Shown: one piece after another, positions 59,194-64,000 of the stretch
Layout of the letters: each line of letters begins with the position of its first letter
Numbering within the stretch: position 1 is the stretch's first letter
Origin: Hormiphora californensis
Lineage: Eukaryota > Animalia > Ctenophora
Direction: 5' to 3'
Assembly (NCBI GenBank): GCA_020137815.1
Contig: CM035360.1
Location: 7,502,001 to 7,566,000 of the forward strand
DNA length: 64,000 bases
Made by a program: the position numbers and the translations under genes
The notes under the pieces: model-generated
Database searches by the model: none
What the model was told of the DNA's origin: nothing
The model's input: only the letters and a program-made list of their open reading frames with translations

Positions 59194-59560
59194 AGAGATA
59201 GAGAGAGAGTGAGAGTGAGAGTGAAGATTGAGTTTGGATATGCAGACAGGGTTTGCGTGGGTTCCACAAGCCGTGCGTTGCTTACTGTTTAGGTTAGCAG
59301 GAGCCTTGAGGAATATAGAGAGACAGAGAGACTACGCGTCATGACGTGTCATGCTAGGTCCAGTGATTCATTATTGATTGTTGAACCTCAATAGATTGTT
59401 AGATGATAGATTGTTAACATATCGAGTATCGTTTGCTATGACTTGAGACATAGTTAGACACGTTGTTAAACGTGGAGGTATCAGTCAAGTTAACGCTTGA
59501 CATCTCTCGCACTTTTCCCATCCTCCTCTCTTCAGATGCTCACTCCTGCGACCTTGGCAG

Positions 59561-59756
<196 letters not shown>

Positions 59757-60357
59757 CTCACTCACTCTCTATCCGCACACCTCCTAGAACGGTGTGTATG
59801 AGTAGTGAGATTACACCCCCGCACCCTGGTTACACCACGTGTTAGTATCACGTGATACTCACATTCTCTCATAACAGACCTCCCTCCCTCCCTCTCTCTC
59901 AATCTCTGTCTCAGTAGTATCATTACTGATCTTGTGAACTTTGTTGTAGCTCTCAGCTCCCCAAACTCCTCCTCGATATGCCCGTCAACTCTTTCAACTC
60001 GGTGAGTCAAGAATTATATCTGTTTGAGCAGTGTTTGGATCGAACAGTTTAATGTTTAGCTCAGATTTAGTTTTCGCTAGTTGTGCTCCTCATTTTGAGT
60101 CATATGGAGTCAAGATAGAGTTTCTGAGTAGTAGAGAGTCATAGTGGTAGAGCCTCTCTAGTCTCTTCTACTCCGACTCGAGGGGACAGTGACACCTCAC
60201 CGAATTTAAGGACACGCACACACACAAACTTCCCTCACCCGACCCACATTACTTTGCCTGCGAACAATAACATGAGGGGCGCGACGTGCCCAACACATTA
60301 CTCTACTACACACCCAGTGAGTGGGGCAGGAGAGTCTTAACTCTCTTCTAAAATTTC

Positions 60358-60378
60358 ATTGGCTGGCGATGACGTAAA
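60358..60378. promoter_or_regulatory. Possible PAPSS promoter elements (inverted CCAAT plus CRE-like site)
   Basis: ATTGG followed by TGACGTAA about 430 bp upstream of the ATG; motif match only. Confidence 0.25.
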
Positions 60379-60805
60379 GCATTGAACTCTCTGCCACACT
60401 ATTCTGTGTGGCTCAGTGCAGGGATTGCTTTTTAATATTTTGTTTTTCAAGTTGGCTTAGAATTTATGTCTTTAATTGAAACATCAAAAACGTTTTTTAT
60501 TCTCCATATCGTATGGATTGGAACCATGAATTTACACAAATTTTGAACAGCTCTTGTCAGCGCCGTTCTAGTGCGCGCAAATACTGAGCCGCGCAATATT
60601 GTGCTAAAAGGCCCCAAAATAAAAATTCTGAACCTGAGCTGAGAAAATTTCCAGCAAACTTTTGGTTTCAAAATTTTTTCGATTAGATTTTTTGTTCTGA
60701 GTTCTGAATCTTACAAAAAATTATCCACACTTCATCCGAATCTGTTAAAACTCAGACGATATATAAAATTTTGTGTGTTTAATTTGGTCTCTATAAATCA
60801 GGAAG

Positions 60806-63572
<2,767 letters not shown>

Positions 63573-63726
63573 GTATTAATGCGACCAGAGAGACTGGAGT
63601 CCCTAACCCTAACTGACAACAACGGACAGACTAATGACGTGGAGCGGGTGAGAGTGTGTGTGCTTGTGTGAGAGCTGCTGTGTGTTACATGTTACCGCCC
63701 CGTTACCAACTGTTTTTATAGAGTAA

Positions 63727-63997
63727 AGTCGAATTTTTTAATCAAGGGACAGGGGGCCGCGCATTCAGAGAGGTCGCGCGGCGTTGTATTTGCGCGTGAC
63801 AATCGAGATCGAGTTCCTGGAAATCTTAAGACTTGAACCCGGAAGTGTTGGAAAGATAATTTTAAGACCTTTTCAACGCAACAAAGATCAAGTCTTTATG
63901 TTATCAGGAAGAGGAGATATGAGCGAGAACATTTAGCACGCGCAAAAAGACTTTGTAAATGCGCGGCCCCCTGTCCCTTGATTAAAAAATTCGACTA
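63727..63997. mobile_element. MITE with about 39-bp TIRs in a PAPSS intron
   Basis: AGTCGAATTTTTTAATCAAGGGACAGGGGGCCGCGCATT ... AATGCGCGGCCCCCTGTCCCTTGATTAAAAAATTCGACT. Confidence 0.85.
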
Positions 63998-64000
63998 TAA

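Overview
Eukaryotic (animal) genomic DNA: compact, with short GT-AG introns, many (GA)n microsatellites, intronic minisatellites and small MITEs. The repeat families, GPCR motifs and acceptor-before-ATG pattern suggest a ctenophore (inference only). Most ORF-track entries are microsatellite noise, so I rebuilt the real genes by hand from splice sites and reading phase. Ten protein-coding genes result: a tandem-DEP protein (-), an Frk/Src42A-like Src-family kinase (-), an intronless rhodopsin-class GPCR (+), an eh1-bearing ANTP/NKL homeobox gene (-), a 4-TM membrane protein (+), a hidden 8-exon divergent 7TM receptor (+), a LURP-one/Tubby-C-like protein (+), a DMRT gene (-), a 23-exon secreted six-SOD-repeat (CSRP-like) protein lacking most metal-ligand histidines (+), and the 5' part of PAPSS (+). 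The most unusual non-coding signals are: (i) intronic tandem arrays built from the host gene's own splice donor, acceptor or branch-point sequence; (ii) 33-79 bp micro-transposons with 8-bp target-site duplications; (iii) 3' splice acceptors just upstream of most start codons, consistent with SL trans-splicing; (iv) a 1.5-kb TSD-flanked LINE-derived insertion. Blocks at about 1.3-3.8, 8.8-9.8, 17.9-18.0 and 18.7-19.3 kb are degraded, homopolymer-inflated sequence, mostly copies of nearby DNA, and are probably assembly artefacts.
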